Shown here: positions 13,409 to 26,005 of the stretch, piece by piece
How positions within the stretch are numbered: position 1 is the first letter of the stretch
Layout: each line of letters opens with the position of its first letter
Assembly: GCF_018977255.1 (NCBI RefSeq)
Contig: NW_024704742.1
Location: 132,992,001 to 133,056,000 of the forward strand
Direction of reading: 5' to 3'
DNA from: Callorhinchus milii
Lineage: Eukaryota
DNA length: 64,000 bases
Program-made: the position numbers and the translations under genes
The notes under the pieces: model-generated
Told to the model about the DNA's origin: nothing
Database searches by the model: none
What the model saw: the letters and a program-made list of their open reading frames with translations, nothing else

Positions 13409-13710
13409 AGTCCTGTAGCTCGGAGGTTAGAGCACTCGCCTTGCAAGCGAGACACCTGGGTTCAATTCCAGGCAGGGCGAAACCTTGGGCAAGTTTCCTT
13501 ACTCCACACTCCTTATAATAATCCCTCCAAAAAACAAAAACAATAATAAATTGGCCATTTTCAATCCACGACTGTTTGCGCAATTGGCTGCGGCGTTTCG
13601 CCCGCAAACATACAGTCAATTCACTTTACAGTCTATTCTGTGAAGCGCTTTGAGACATTGATAAGACGTGAAAGCGCTTTATCAAATGCAATGATTATTA
13701 TTATATTATT
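13409..13710 (+). mobile_element. tRNA-Ala CORE-like SINE, short (internally deleted) subfamily
   Basis: AGTCCTGTAGCTCGGAGGTTAGAGCACTCGCCTTGCAAGCGAG head. CTCCACAC joins almost directly to ATAATAATCCCTCC, lacking the CCTAGCAGTAAGTAGGAACC segment. Confidence 0.88.
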
Positions 13711-13985
13711 AAATAGTGCTGTGGGAACTTTAAAGTCCACCTGAACAGACAGAAGGGGCTTCGGTTTAATGTCTCAACTGAAGGACGGCACCTCTGCCAA
13801 TGCAATGCTTCCCCCAGCATTGGACTGGAGTGTCAGCCGGGACTATATGAGTTCAAAGTCTCAGCATGGGGCCTTAAACCCACAACTCTCTGACTTATTT
13901 GTGCGAGTCGCATTCCTAAATAAAAAAATCTTGTTAAGAAATCCCCCAAAACACAGACCCCCCCCCCCCCACCATATGAAAAGTG

Positions 13986-14158
13986 TGGTTGAAATCCGAA
14001 CCACGGCAAGTTAAGACCATAAAGATTCTCCGGAATTCTTAAAAAGAACCCGGAGTCCAACTTAAGCCGAATTGAGGAATTTTCCACAGTTGATTGCTCA
14101 GCCTTAAATCTTAACACAAAGTGGGCTGACAGGCTAAGACCGGGTGAAATTTCAGCCC
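13986..14158. mobile_element. Possible old MITE-like element
   Basis: Weak terminal inverted similarity: TGGTTGAAATCC versus AAATTTCAGCCC (8/12). Related CTTAA-rich fragments occur at ~1745-1925 and ~8375-8450. Confidence 0.3.
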
Positions 14159-15140
14159 GTGCTCTGTACCATCTCAGCTACACACTGAACCATCATTGGG
14201 GTTGGGTGACTTGTCTTCATTTAATTTAATTCCTCTCCCAAACCCCGCCGCCGAATTCCCCCACCAATTTTTTTTGATAAAAAAACGAAATTGGCTTTTC
14301 AAGAATTTTGCCAAGTGGCACATTTAAGGCGATCAAAAAAGACAACAACAAATTACGTTTGTACAGCGCCTTTCACGTTGAGCAGATGTCCCAAGTCACT
14401 GTACAGTCAGGGATTGAGACCCATGCTGGGGGTTGGGATCAGGAGGGGTGAAGGGCAGGAAGGGTAGGGGAAGGAGGGTGACCAAAGACACGGTCGAAGA
14501 GGAGAGTTGTAAAACAAAGAAGAGGGAGGAAAGTGGCCGTTGCATTTATAAACAGGAGCAGATGATGTGAGAAGGAGTGAGCGAGGGGTTTGTATGGGGA
14601 GATCAGGCAGGGTTTTGGTGGCAGACGTCTCCTCACCTCGCATGTATCGCCTGTCAAACTTTAAATAGGTACCTGTTAGTCATTTTAGCCAAGAGGCATT
14701 TCTTTAATGATCAGAGCTTTTTTTTTTAACCCGCTCCGAGCAATGCTAAGTTTCAAGCATGTGCTGATTTAGGCTAATTCTGCGCAAAGTGGATTTAATA
14801 ATATTATTAATAATAATCCTTGCATTTGATATTGCATTTGATATAAACGTCTCAAAGCGCTTCACAGGATATACTGTGAAGTGCAGTGACTGTGTATTGT
14901 GAGCGAAACGCGGCAGCCAGTTGCGCACAGCAGTGTCCCACAAACACCCGCGGAGGGAGTGATCAATTTTATTTGGGGGATTGCTGAAAAAAGCGTTTTT
15001 TTCCTGCTTCTGGCTGTTGTTCGGACAGAATTATCCCGAACGAATGATTACAAATAGGATTAAATAAAGGTCCCCAGTTGGCTTTTGTTTTTAATATAAT
15101 AATAATAATAATAATCTTTGCATTTGATATAGCTACTTAT

Positions 15141-15330
15141 CAACAACAACAACAACAAGATTTCATTTATAGAGCGCCTTTCACGTCGGGAGGACGTCCC
15201 AAGGCGCTGGACAGTTGGGTCAGGACCCGAGCAGGGGGGAAATGGTCAGGGTGAGGGGAGGGAAGGGAGGGAACGAGGAGGGGGTAGAGAGTCGAGAGGG
15301 GAGCTGAAGGCACGGTCAAAGAGAAAGGTC
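15141..15330 (-). mobile_element. Young L2 LINE 3' end inserted into a SINE tail
   Basis: (CAA)n tail and TAGAGCGCCTTTCACGTCGGGAGGACGTCCCAAGGCGC stem-loop, highly similar to the 3' ends of 25715-26005 and 51218-51342. The host SINE tail is split at TATCA, which appears on both sides. Confidence 0.9.
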
Positions 15331-16251
15331 TGGGAAGTGTTTTGAGATGTCTCAGCCAAGTGGTAGGCCTATCACTTGGCTGAGACATCTCAAAACACTT
15401 CCCAGAATATATTGTAAAGTAGATTGACTATATTTTATGAGCGAAACACTTTACATTTTTAAATTTACTTTAAATTACTATACAAATAGACAGTCAATTC
15501 ACTTTACAGTATATTTTGTGAAGCACTGTGAGAAGTCTCAAAGAGCTGATAAGGCGCTGTATCAAATGCAAGGATTATTATTATTATCATTCACCACTCT
15601 GATTATTCTCAGAGTAGAGAATTCCCTGCCAAGTATAACATTCCCTGCAAAAGCAGCTCTGCTCTGCGGTCTGTCAGGATTCACAGTGCACCAGCAGAGG
15701 GTGAGAGAATATATCAAAAAATCCTAAACTCGTGCTGCTTTCAGACCATATGAGTCTGGACACTCTTAAGTAGCAATATAACACAGATACCTTCCCTCCA
15801 CACACAGACGTCAGCCTGCGAGTGCCACAGTGACCCGGAAACACCATTAATCATAAGCTCATCCAAAGACACAGGTATCCACTGCTGAAAATCTCAAGCT
15901 GCTTTAAGCCTCTCTCTCTCTCTCTCTCTCGCTCACTCACACTCTCGTTCCATCCTCTCTCCTCTGAAGGCTTAAGGGTTAAGCATGCATTAAAACCAAC
16001 CACCGACCGACTGAACACTCGTCACAAAAATTTGCTGCATTTACACAGTGCCTGAGCTCGGCGGCGTAGGTTAGGGTCTGATGTCTGTGAAATGAGGATG
16101 TTTAAAAAGTATTCAGAGTTAAAATAAACAGGACGGAGGAGCTCTCCCAGCAAATGAGCACAACAGCTGTTGCTGTGACTCAATCCACGACTTGTTTGTG
16201 AGATACTGCCATGCACAATTGGCTGCCGCGTTTCGCCCACAAAATACTGTA

Positions 16252-16546
16252 TAATAATAATAATAATAATTCTTGCATTTGATATAGCGCTTTTCACGTC
16301 TTCTAGAAGAATAGACTGTAAAGCGAATTGACTGTATATTTGTGGGCAAAATGCGGCAGCCAATTGCGCACAGCAGTGTCCCACAAACAGTCATGGATTG
16401 AAATGACCAATTTATTATTTTTTTTCGAGGGATTATTATCAGGCGTGTGGAGTAAGGAAACTTGCCCAAGGTTTCGCCCTGCTGGGAATTGAACCCAGGT
16501 CTCTCGCTTGCAAAGCGAGTGCTCTAACCACTGAGTTACAGGACTC
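16252..16546 (-). mobile_element. tRNA-Ala CORE-like SINE, short subfamily
   Basis: Full reverse-complement copy from the (TAA)n tail to CTCTAACCACTGAGTTACAGGACTC, with the same internal deletion as 13409. Confidence 0.88.
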
Positions 16547-16644
16547 TGTATACAGTCAATTCGCTCTGAATAGCGCTTTGAGACGTCTCGAAGACATGAT
16601 AAGGGGTGATATCAAATGCAAGGATTATTATTGATATTGTTATT

Positions 16645-18450
16645 GCTGCGCAGGCACGGAAAGGCTCTGCAAGGGAATACACGTCACTCTCTCTCCCAGC
16701 CTCTACCTTACCTCCGCTGTATCTGTCTGTCAGCCGGGGCAGTGAGAGAGGGAGAGGGAGAGGGAGAAAGAGAGAGTGCGCTCTGAACGATGTGATGGGA
16801 TTTGCAGAGCTCAATTAGGAATAAAGAGCCCTTCAAGCCAGGCTCATGTTTTATGCAGGAACTTGAGGACCTTTGTATCGATTAGTTAATGCGTGCTGTG
16901 TGTTTAGCCAGTTTTTGCTTCGGCCTGCATTCATTCCAAAGCCTAGAGAGAGGGGTTAAAAAAGCAGGCAGCCACCCTTTTTGCTTTGGAGGTGGCTTTG
17001 GCTTGAATTCATTGCAAAGCCGAGAGAGGGGGTTTAAAAGAAAAATCAGGCAGAAAGCACCCCCTACCCCAGCCCACCATCAAACCCAAGCTAAATATAC
17101 CCTTCTCCCCTCCTCATACATAGACATATATATAAAAAAAATTGGCAGGGGAGGTCAGCCGAGTGTCTGTCACATGCGGAAAACCATCACTGTGCTTAAG
17201 AGTATCTTTTTCTTCGAAAATACTGTATATCTTAAAAAACCACAAACGTTTCCAAGATCTATCAGTCTCACTTCACCACAGCGGAAAGCTGCAGTTTCCT
17301 ATCAAGTCCAGTAGCTCTGGAAAGAGCACTGACTCAAACACACACACACATACACTGTGTGTATATATAGATAGGGGGAGAGATAGACTGTATTTCCTCC
17401 TTTGCATTCAGTCAAAAAAGCAGCTGATCTCTTAAGTCTTAAGAGGTTTGTGGCAAAGGGGCTAGTCAGTTTTTTTTTCACACACACATACACACAAGTG
17501 AAGCTACACTTCCCCAAACATTGGCTAGAGGGTGCAAAGCTCAGCTCATAATTTATTCTGCCCATCACAAATGACTTGCTTGGTCACATGCTGAGGCTAT
17601 GCAGTTTTAAGAGTGCTTTAATCTGCATCCACTACTGCAGCTGGTGCTAAAGTAGCAACAATATCAAGCAACTTTGCCTTCTGCTGAGAGCTGCTGCTGT
17701 CAAGAGCGTTTTAAGCAACGAAGCAAGTCAGTAAGTAAGGAGTATTTCATTTGCATTTATTTTTCTTTACACATCAGATGACAGGAGCTTGCAATGTGCT
17801 TTTTTTTAATACGTTTTATTTTGGGAGGTGTGTGTGTGTGTGTGTGTGTGTGTGCAAGAGGCACATTAAAAAAAAAGGATGGTTGTGTTCAATTCAAAAT
17901 GTGATTTTTTTTGAATTGATTGAAATAACAGTCATTTTTCCACCTTTAACAGCCTCTCTCTCCCTCTCTCATCTCTTCCCTCCTCATCTCATCTCATCTC
18001 ATCTCTCCTCTCCCCTCTTCCTCTCTTCATCCCACTTCTATGTGTCAGTGTTTTATCAGTAAAACGTTGGTGTGAGGGCTGAGGTGCAATCAGATTAGAT
18101 GGGGATGGGATTGGAGAAGGGAAGGGAGAGAGATGGAGATGGGGTTGTGTGTATGTGTGTGTGTGTTTTGGGAGCAAAAGAGGCAACAATGTCTTTGAAG
18201 CTTAATTTGGGATAAGAGGATGAGAGAGAGGAGAGCTTCATTGCATTGTGATGGGATGGGCTGCCAGGGACTGGCAGCTGGAGTTAAGTGAAAGTGAAAA
18301 GAGTTGGGCACTGAGAGACAATTAGCTTGGATTCTCTCATCTTCTTCTCTGTAGCACTGCTCTTGTGTTTAAGGGTCACATAAGCTGCCGACCCAGTGTC
18401 AGCAGTTCTGCATGGAAGCTATTATGTATTCCTGATTGATTAGATTTAGC
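16645..18450. promoter_or_regulatory. Putative promoter / first-exon region of an unidentified gene
   Basis: ~1.8 kb with no recognisable SINE or LINE in an otherwise repeat-dense window, carrying GA/CA microsatellites. Minus-strand donor GAG|GTAAGG at 16712/16711 and plus-strand donors TCA|GTAAGT at 17731 and TAA|GTAAGG at 17735. Confidence 0.4.
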
Positions 18451-21400
18451 GGAAATACTCTCTCTTTCTCTCTTTCTTCACTCCCCCCCCCCCCACCCCA
18501 CAACCTCTTCACTTTTTTTCCTCTCTCTCACCCCCTCTCTTTCTCTCCGCTACTTTCATAGCTTCAGATCAGGGGAAGGAGGAAAGAGAGAGAAATATGT
18601 ATATATATATAGAGAGAGAGAGAGAGCGAGAGAAAGAGAAGAGATAATTATATAATAAAATAATAATTTGGTCACTCAACCCACAACTGTTTGCGGGACA
18701 CTGCTGTGCGCAATTGGTTGCCTCGTTTCGCCACACAAAATATATAGAGTCTATACAATATATACACTTTACAGTATATTCCGTGAAGCGCTTTGAGACG
18801 TCTAAAAACGCTATGTCAAATGCGAGGATTATGTTAAGGATTATTCTAAGGAGGAGGAGAAGAGGGTGGTTTAAGAGGAGAGATGTTTAGCTCATCACAG
18901 CCAGCTGCTAATTGTTTTTTTTTGTCACTGCCGTTTCTTACCAGGGACCACTTTTGACTTGTTAAGTCAATTTAGAGGGAGCTTTCAGGACAGAGTGAAC
19001 CCGGTGTGGAGGGAAGTTTAAAAATTCAGCAGCCCAGACGTCCACGGTATGCTGTTCGTTCATTTAAATTTTTTGTTTGTAATTAATATTCAAAACCAAA
19101 AGTCTCTTCCCCCCCCCCCCCCCCCACCCGGTGATGTTTTAAGATGCAAATTATTTAAAAATTATTTTAAGATCTCAACGACCTGATAAGGTGCAAATAT
19201 CAAATGCGAAGATAATTCTTATTATACACGGGCGGACGGATCGAATGCTGCATGCTGAAATCTGTTTATTCCGCCGCATGCAATCTATCACACTTGGAAG
19301 CCGGGGACGAAAGGATTTCAAGATCAGCCCGTCCGCTCAGACTGACCTTTCCTTTTTCAGTAAAAGGCACAATTTCCCCTTTTGGCTGCGTGTGGCATGT
19401 TCGGCAATTTAATGGGAACGGCAGGTCCTTTATATTTCTTCTGTCGGGTAATTTGTTTCTGCCCTAAATTGTGTACTGACATCTTGAAGATGTGATAAAG
19501 TGCTGTATCAAATGCAAAGATTATTATGATTAACGTTAACACAATATATATTAATATGATTATTACATTTAACACAACGATCCTGTAATGTTAGTTGCCC
19601 CAAGTAATTCAGAATGAGCGAGACGCAAATTTGCTCTAATTTAATCACTCACTGTTTGCTCCCGACTCACGATAATTGTGTGCCGAGCTTTCTGATAATT
19701 GTGGTTTGTAACAATTATGTATATTGTTTGCATGGATCAAAGGTATTTTTTTTTGGGTGGGGTGGGTGGGAACATCTGCTTTTCAAAAGCGAGATTAAAG
19801 CTCAATTATCCCAGAGCAACGGAGAACAATCCTCGGGGTATAGATTAAATAAAAAACAGTTACAAATGTCTCATTTGATGAGCGCGGATGTGGTGGGAAT
19901 TGAAAAGGTACTGTTGGGAATCTACCCACGCCTTCCCTTCCCGATTGTTATCCAGCCGTTAATAATAATCATATTCCTTGCATTTGATATAACACCTTAT
20001 CAATAAATAAATAATAATAATTTGGTCACTCAATCCACGACTGTTTGTGGGACACTGCTGTGCGCAATTGGCTGCCGTGTTTCGCCCACAAAAATATACA
20101 CTTTACATATATTCTGTGAAGCGCTTTGAGACGTCGCGAAGAGGTGATAAGGCGCTATATCAAATGCAAGAATTAATATATTATTATCAGAATATACTAT
20201 AAAGTGCATTCAGTGACTGTATATTTTGTGGGGGTTATATTTTGTTCCCATTAAGCAACCCCTAGACTATAAGGTGGATGTTAGATGAGTAAATGCTTCA
20301 GTTATAATGTTACCAGACTGATCGCTAGTATCACAGTATCATAGATCTGGTTGCTTGTCTGTCTTTGGAAGTTTCCTGAACTGCACATGAGAAATGCCTC
20401 CTGTGTTTTCTGTTCAAACACTCCCTCCTTGGCTCGTTGTGAGCTGTGTTTTCTTCGGCTAAGCGGTGAGTGCAAGGGGCGCAGTACACAGTAGGCTGCA
20501 GCTGCCTCCTGTGCTGAGATGGTTAACAAGAAGGTTGTTGTGAGAAACGGCTGAGTTTTTTCTCTGGATGTGTGAATGGGCAACTGTGAGGGAAGCCTCT
20601 GTGTGTGTGTAAGTGCGCGCATGTGTGTGTGTATAATTGTGTGTATGTGTGTGCGTGTGTGCGCATCTACGCTTTAAAACTATGGAACTCTCTCCTTAAT
20701 TCCACCGCCTCACCTCCTCCTTCCCTGTCTTTACATCGCATCTGAAGACTCTTCTCTTCGATTGTGCCTACGGTCACCTCTCCCACTCTTCCTTCTCCCC
20801 CAGCCCCCGGCTTGATGTCAAACTCCGTCACTGTTAAGAGCTCCGACATGCTGCTCCATGTGAAGCATACTGTATGAAGCAAGTAGTTGTTGTTGATGGT
20901 TATTGTTGTGTGTGTGTTTATGCGCGTGTGGACTGAAATGGCAGACTCGTAATACATCCTGTGTTGTTGAGGTGTATTCCTGCATGGAACAAATCCCCCC
21001 CCCCCAACCCCACCCCACCTCCCCACCCAGTAATTTACCATAATAAACTCTGCCTCTGGGCTTCAGGTGGAGTCTGGAAATGACACCAAGTTACTTTCAC
21101 GGTTGTTCACGGGACTTTGCCGCGCGCAAATTGTCTGCCACGTTCGCTTACAAAACACACAGTCACTACACTTTACTGCGAATCCCGCAAAACGCCTTGA
21201 GATGTCCTCCCAACATGAAAGGTCAGCCGTATCAAGCACAACGATTATTATTTTGGTCTTAGTCCAGGTTATTGGCCCCACTTTCTCACAAGAGCAGCCA
21301 AATACCTCCTGTTTGTATTGATTTAATATTATTGTATTAAGCAAATTCTTCCTGTCTCCGTTCCCTCTCTGGCTCTGTATTTCATCCCCCGCCCCTTAAA

Positions 21401-21899
21401 AAGCTGTGTCTTTTGACTGCATCTTTTGTCATCTCCAACGTAAACCCCATCCCCATTCCGCCACCCCCCACCCATCCCATCTCCCACCCCACTTGGGCTC
21501 GCGTTCCGTCTTGGCGAAGTAGTTTTGAGACCCAAAAAGGAGACCCAAATAAGTGTGACTTGTTGTAGTTTGCACTGGAATCATAAAGGGGAGTGTTCGA
21601 AGCAGTTGTTTCCAAAGCCTATGTTTAAAATCAATTTAATTTTTCCTTTGTTTATTGTTGCATCTGCCCAGAAAGCGAACTCCCAGCCTTTGGATCAATG
21701 AAGAAGACTCTCTTTCTCTCTCTCTCTCTCTCCCCGCACCCCCCATGGCGTTGGCTTTGTAGAACTTCCAAAGACCGCATGTACTGTTCTTACAAGAAAT
21801 TATACATTCTGTACCCAAAACTATTTTGAGACTCTGGTTGTTGTCGCGGTAGGAGAGAAAATCATTCTCCATTGAGAAGTGAAACCTATTAATTTCAAG

Positions 21900-22250
21900 A
21901 ACAACAACTTGCATTTATTTAGCGCCCTTCAAGCAGTGTAGTGTCTCGGAGCGCTTAACAGTGACAGAGTGTCTGGGGGTAGTGGGTAGTTGACTTTAAG
22001 CACGGTCGAAGAGGAAGGTCTGAAAACAGGGACGAAAGGGCTAGACGGAGGGATTGGGAGAGATAGTTCCAAAGCTTCGGGGTGTAGTGGCTGAAAGCAC
22101 GGCCACGGATGGTGGAGTGGAGGGGACATGGGGCAAGCAAGAGGCTGGGATCAACTGAGCAATGTTGGAGTGGAGAGGGAGGAAGCAGGTTAGAAAGGTA
22201 GGGAGGTCCCAGCGTGTGAAGGGATTTGTAGGTGAATTTGAGGATCCATT
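21900..22250 (-). mobile_element. L2 LINE 3' fragment
   Basis: ORF 21955-22266 has L2 C-terminal motifs (ILKFTYKSLH..PPYLSNLL..RAFSHYTPKLWNYL). ACAACAACTTGCATTTA tail. Confidence 0.8.
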
Positions 22251-22724
22251 CTGTGATTTTTGACAAACCAAAAGGGGTTGATCTTGGCGTTCAAAACTAC
22301 CAGGAGTTTTCGATAAGGTGGATAGTTAGAAGCTATTTCTACCATTCAGAGAGTCAGCAACTGGAGGCTAGAGAGTTAAGATCATAATAATAATAATCAT
22401 CACAATATTAGATTATCAGCCAAAATAAAATAAAAACACACGCACACACACGCATTGGACACTACCAAAAATTGTAGTTGAAATAGGGAAAATATTTGAA
22501 AAGGAAAAAATGCTTAAGGAGAAATGCTGGAGGGGAGGACGGTGGGGTGGGCTGGGGAGGTGTGGTGGGCTCTGGGGGGTGGGAGAAGAGAGGAGGAGGA
22601 TTGGGGACTGAACAATTTCAGAAAGCCGCACAGATACGATGGGCTGAATGACCTCTGAATGTGCCAGTACATTCAAGAATTCTCTTGAGAGTTGAAAGTT
22701 GATGTCTGGACGTCACGCTAAAGT

Positions 22725-23115
22725 TATAATAATCCTTGCGTTTGCGCCTTATCACGTCATCGAGGCGATTCAAAGCGCTTTCCAAGATATACTGAAAAGT
22801 GAATTGACTGTATTTCGTGGGCAAAATTTGCGCACAACAGCTACAAAGTAAGTGAGGACCAATTTTATTTGTGGGATTGTTGGTCAGGACGTAGAGAGAG
22901 AGAGAAACCATCTTTTTTCAAATAGTGGCATGGGATTTTTTAACTTCCACCTAAACAAGCAAATTGGACCTTGGTTTAAAGTTTCAACTGTAGGACGGTA
23001 TTTCCATCAGTGCAATACTTCCCCGGTGCTGCATTGGAGTGCCATCTTAGACTAAGAGATTCCGAGTCCCGAAGTGGGGCTTGAACCCCACAGTCTTCGA
23101 ACTCAGAGGCGGGAA
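22725..23115 (-). mobile_element. Deu-domain SINE copy
   Basis: Reverse-complement tail, Deu segment and head (GTGGGGCTTGAACCCCAC...ACTCAGAGGC). Confidence 0.75.
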
Positions 23116-24808
23116 TGCTTTAATTCAGGTTCTTAAAGTTTTCTTAATTTGAAAGAGGTCTTGCCGCCCCACGGCAACACAGTCCTGACCTCTCTGCTTG
23201 AGGCTCCCTCTTAACCAGGGGAATGGCACCACACAGCTTATCTCTAACGTGCACCTTGTGAAAATGTGGTTTCTTGATGAGAAGGTCCCCGTGTATTCAA
23301 TAGGTAATTGTTCAAGAGTTAAATCTCCCGCTGTTGGCTGCTGATACTGGAACAGGATAAAGGAGAGAGGGAGAACACTTTGTGCTATTTTGAATAAGTT
23401 ATACAGAAGAAACAAAGTGCAAGTGATCCCAAAAATTAGATTTGCAGATCGTGTTTCGAAAAATTGGATTTGCCTTGTTAATGGTTCTTAATTATTCTCT
23501 CTCTTTGTCTATCTCTCTCTCTCTCTTTCCCTTTTACTCTCTCTCTCTTTCCCTTTCTCTCTTTTCCTTTCACTCTCTTTTTCTCGCTCTTTCTATCCTC
23601 CTTTTTGCCTTCTTTATCTTCTCTCACTTTTGCTCTCTCTCTCTTTCGATCCTTTACAGTTTATTTTGCTCTCTCCTCTATCCCCATCATTTCTTTCCTT
23701 CCTGTCTTTCTCGTTTTTTTTCTCTCTCTCTTCCTTTTTTTCTCTTTCGCGCTGTCTTTCCTTTTTGCTCTTTAATCACTACCTCAGTGGTTGGCTTTCT
23801 GTGTTCTTTCTCAGGGAGACATTGCAGAGACAAGCACAAAATATTAATATTGTACTTAAATTGTCAATGAAGCATCTTTCACAACACCCTGAGCGATGGA
23901 ACATGACAATGTAGTTGTGGCTCAGTCCTTCTAATCCCTTTTCCTTTGGTCTCTTGTCTCACGCTTGCTTGCACAAGTATTACAGTGGAATGTGATGAGA
24001 GACGGTTGTTTCGAACCAGATTCCATGTAATGATGTCTCGGAGCGCTTCGCAGTGCGGCGTCAAAACTGGGCGTTGCGAAAGGGACTGGGGGCAAAATGG
24101 TAGATTTTAAGGTGGGATTTAAAGGAGATGGGAGGAGGGAGACAGAGGGTGGGAAGCTGACTGAATACTTGGCCGCTGATGGTAGTGGGGAGGGGACAGG
24201 TATATGCATAGCAGACTCTTGTTAGCTGAGCGGAGATTCTGTTAGAAAACACTGCAGTTTTCACTTCACCCCCACTTTTCCGCTCCTAATAATTCAATGA
24301 GATAGATTGGTGGCGTACGTACACAGGCCTCCAGAAATTCATCCCTCAAGAGGTTAAATACAGAGTGCGATAACAATCCCATTTGTAAGATCAAAAGCCC
24401 AGCCTTCATTAAAGGGATCCAGCAAGGTGCTTAAATAATGCAGGCATCAAAGTGCGGGGGTAGAAAGATTGAAAGATTGACTAAATTCAAAGCCTAAGAT
24501 AACAGAGCTGGAGAGCTCTTCTATATATAAGCGGAATGGGAACCTGTAACTGTTTGCAGACGAGGCAAGGTGAACTTATCGCTTGCCTCTGTTAATTGAA
24601 TGTACGTGTACACATATATATATATATACAATGCATCAAAAAAGTCACCAGGTGTCATTTCTTTTTCGTGCAAATCGGTACTTGCTAACTTTACCAGATG
24701 TGAGTAAAGTCAAACCTTCTCTATTGTTCAGATTCAAGTTTGCACACTGCGCTTGGGGGAAAAAGGGGGGAGAGGAGTCGTATCACATGCCAACAACAAC
24801 AACTTGTG

Positions 24809-25175
24809 AAGTCCTGTAGCATAGTGGTTAGAGCACTCGCCTTGCAAGTGAGAGAACCCGGTTCGATTCTCGGGAAGGGCGAAACCTTACTCCACACGCC
24901 TCTGTTTACCTAGCAACAAGTAGGAACCCGGTTGTTAGTTGATTAGCGGATCATTTCCAGAGGTAATAATCCCACCCCCACCCCATCAAAACAATTGGTC
25001 ACTTCAATCCATGACCGTTTGTGGGACACTGCTATGCGCAATTGGCTGCCGCTTTTCACCCATAAAATTCGACAGTCAATCTACTTTACAATATATACTG
25101 TGAAGTGCCTTGAGAGGTCTCAACGACATGGTAAGGCGTTATGTCAAATGCAAGGATTATGATTATTAATATTAC
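24809..25175 (+). mobile_element. tRNA-Ala CORE-like SINE, long form
   Basis: Head AGTCCTGTAGCATAGTGGTTAGAGCACTCGCCTTGCAAGTGAG...GGTTCGATTC, full body, tail CAAATGCAAGGATTATG. Confidence 0.88.
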
Positions 25176-25714
25176 TAAAAGCATTACACAGACCGGTGTC
25201 ACACACAGTAAAGTATAGCCTGGACCCGCAAAAACCCGAGTAAATCTGCAGATAGTGCCTCAGAATGCTTTGTATATTACAGGAACAGGTTTAGGTTAAG
25301 TGCCCATGGATATTTCTGTGTTCAGACGGACGCTCCCTGGGTCTGATGTTCATCATGTGATGAAAGGTTGATTGATGGCATTCGGCGATGTGATGAATAA
25401 CTGATGTGGATTGATGCTGCAGCAACCAGGAGCGATTAACCGGTTCCAGGCTTCGGAACAGGTTTCAGTTCCTCTTGATGTGCTCCACGTGACGCCGATT
25501 GCTTTGTCCCATCGGAAGATCTCCTTGCAGCTTCCGAACGGTTGCTGGTAGCTTTTAAGGTGATCTCTTTGCGCCTTGCTCCAGGTTGCACTGTCCGATC
25601 CAAACGGGGGTTAGAGAAATAATACCACGTTTGATGGGTGAGGTTTACGTGGACATCGTGCAACTAACTCATGTGCAGCTTATTCACAAACGATCTTACA
25701 CCCCAACCCAAACC

Positions 25715-26005
25715 CATTGCCTCCCCTCGACTGGCTCCAGCCTCCTGCTAGGCTCTGGAACTCCATCCCCCAGTGCCTTCGCCTTGCTTCCTCCCTTTCC
25801 TCCTTCAAGGCCGGTCTCAAGACCTTTCTCTTCAACCGTGCCTTCACTTTCCCTCTCGACTGTCTACCCCCTCCTCGCTCCCTCCCTTCCCTCCCCTCAT
25901 CCTGACCATTTTCCCCCTGCTCGGGTCCCGACCCAACTGTCCAGCGCCTTGGGACGTCCTCCCAACGTGAAAGGCGCTCTATAAATGCAATCTTGTTGTT
26001 GTTGT
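25715..26005 (+). mobile_element. Young L2 LINE 3' end
   Basis: Encodes RLWNSIPQCLRLASSLSSFKAGLKTFLFNRAF (L2 ORF2 end), followed by the 3'UTR stem-loop and (TTG)n tail. Confidence 0.9.

Noticed and set aside
23442..23914. Hydrophobic membrane-protein-like ORFs
   Set aside because: These are translations of a CT-rich low-complexity tract.
24683..24705. 2-nt microexon (CTAAC..CAG|AT|GTGAGT)
   Set aside because: The branch point is too close to the AG and the pyrimidine tract is minimal. It is better read as a lone donor.
25350..25406. C/D box snoRNA (GTGATGA...CTGA)
   Set aside because: Only ~55 nt, in TGA-rich low-complexity context, with no recognisable guide sequence.
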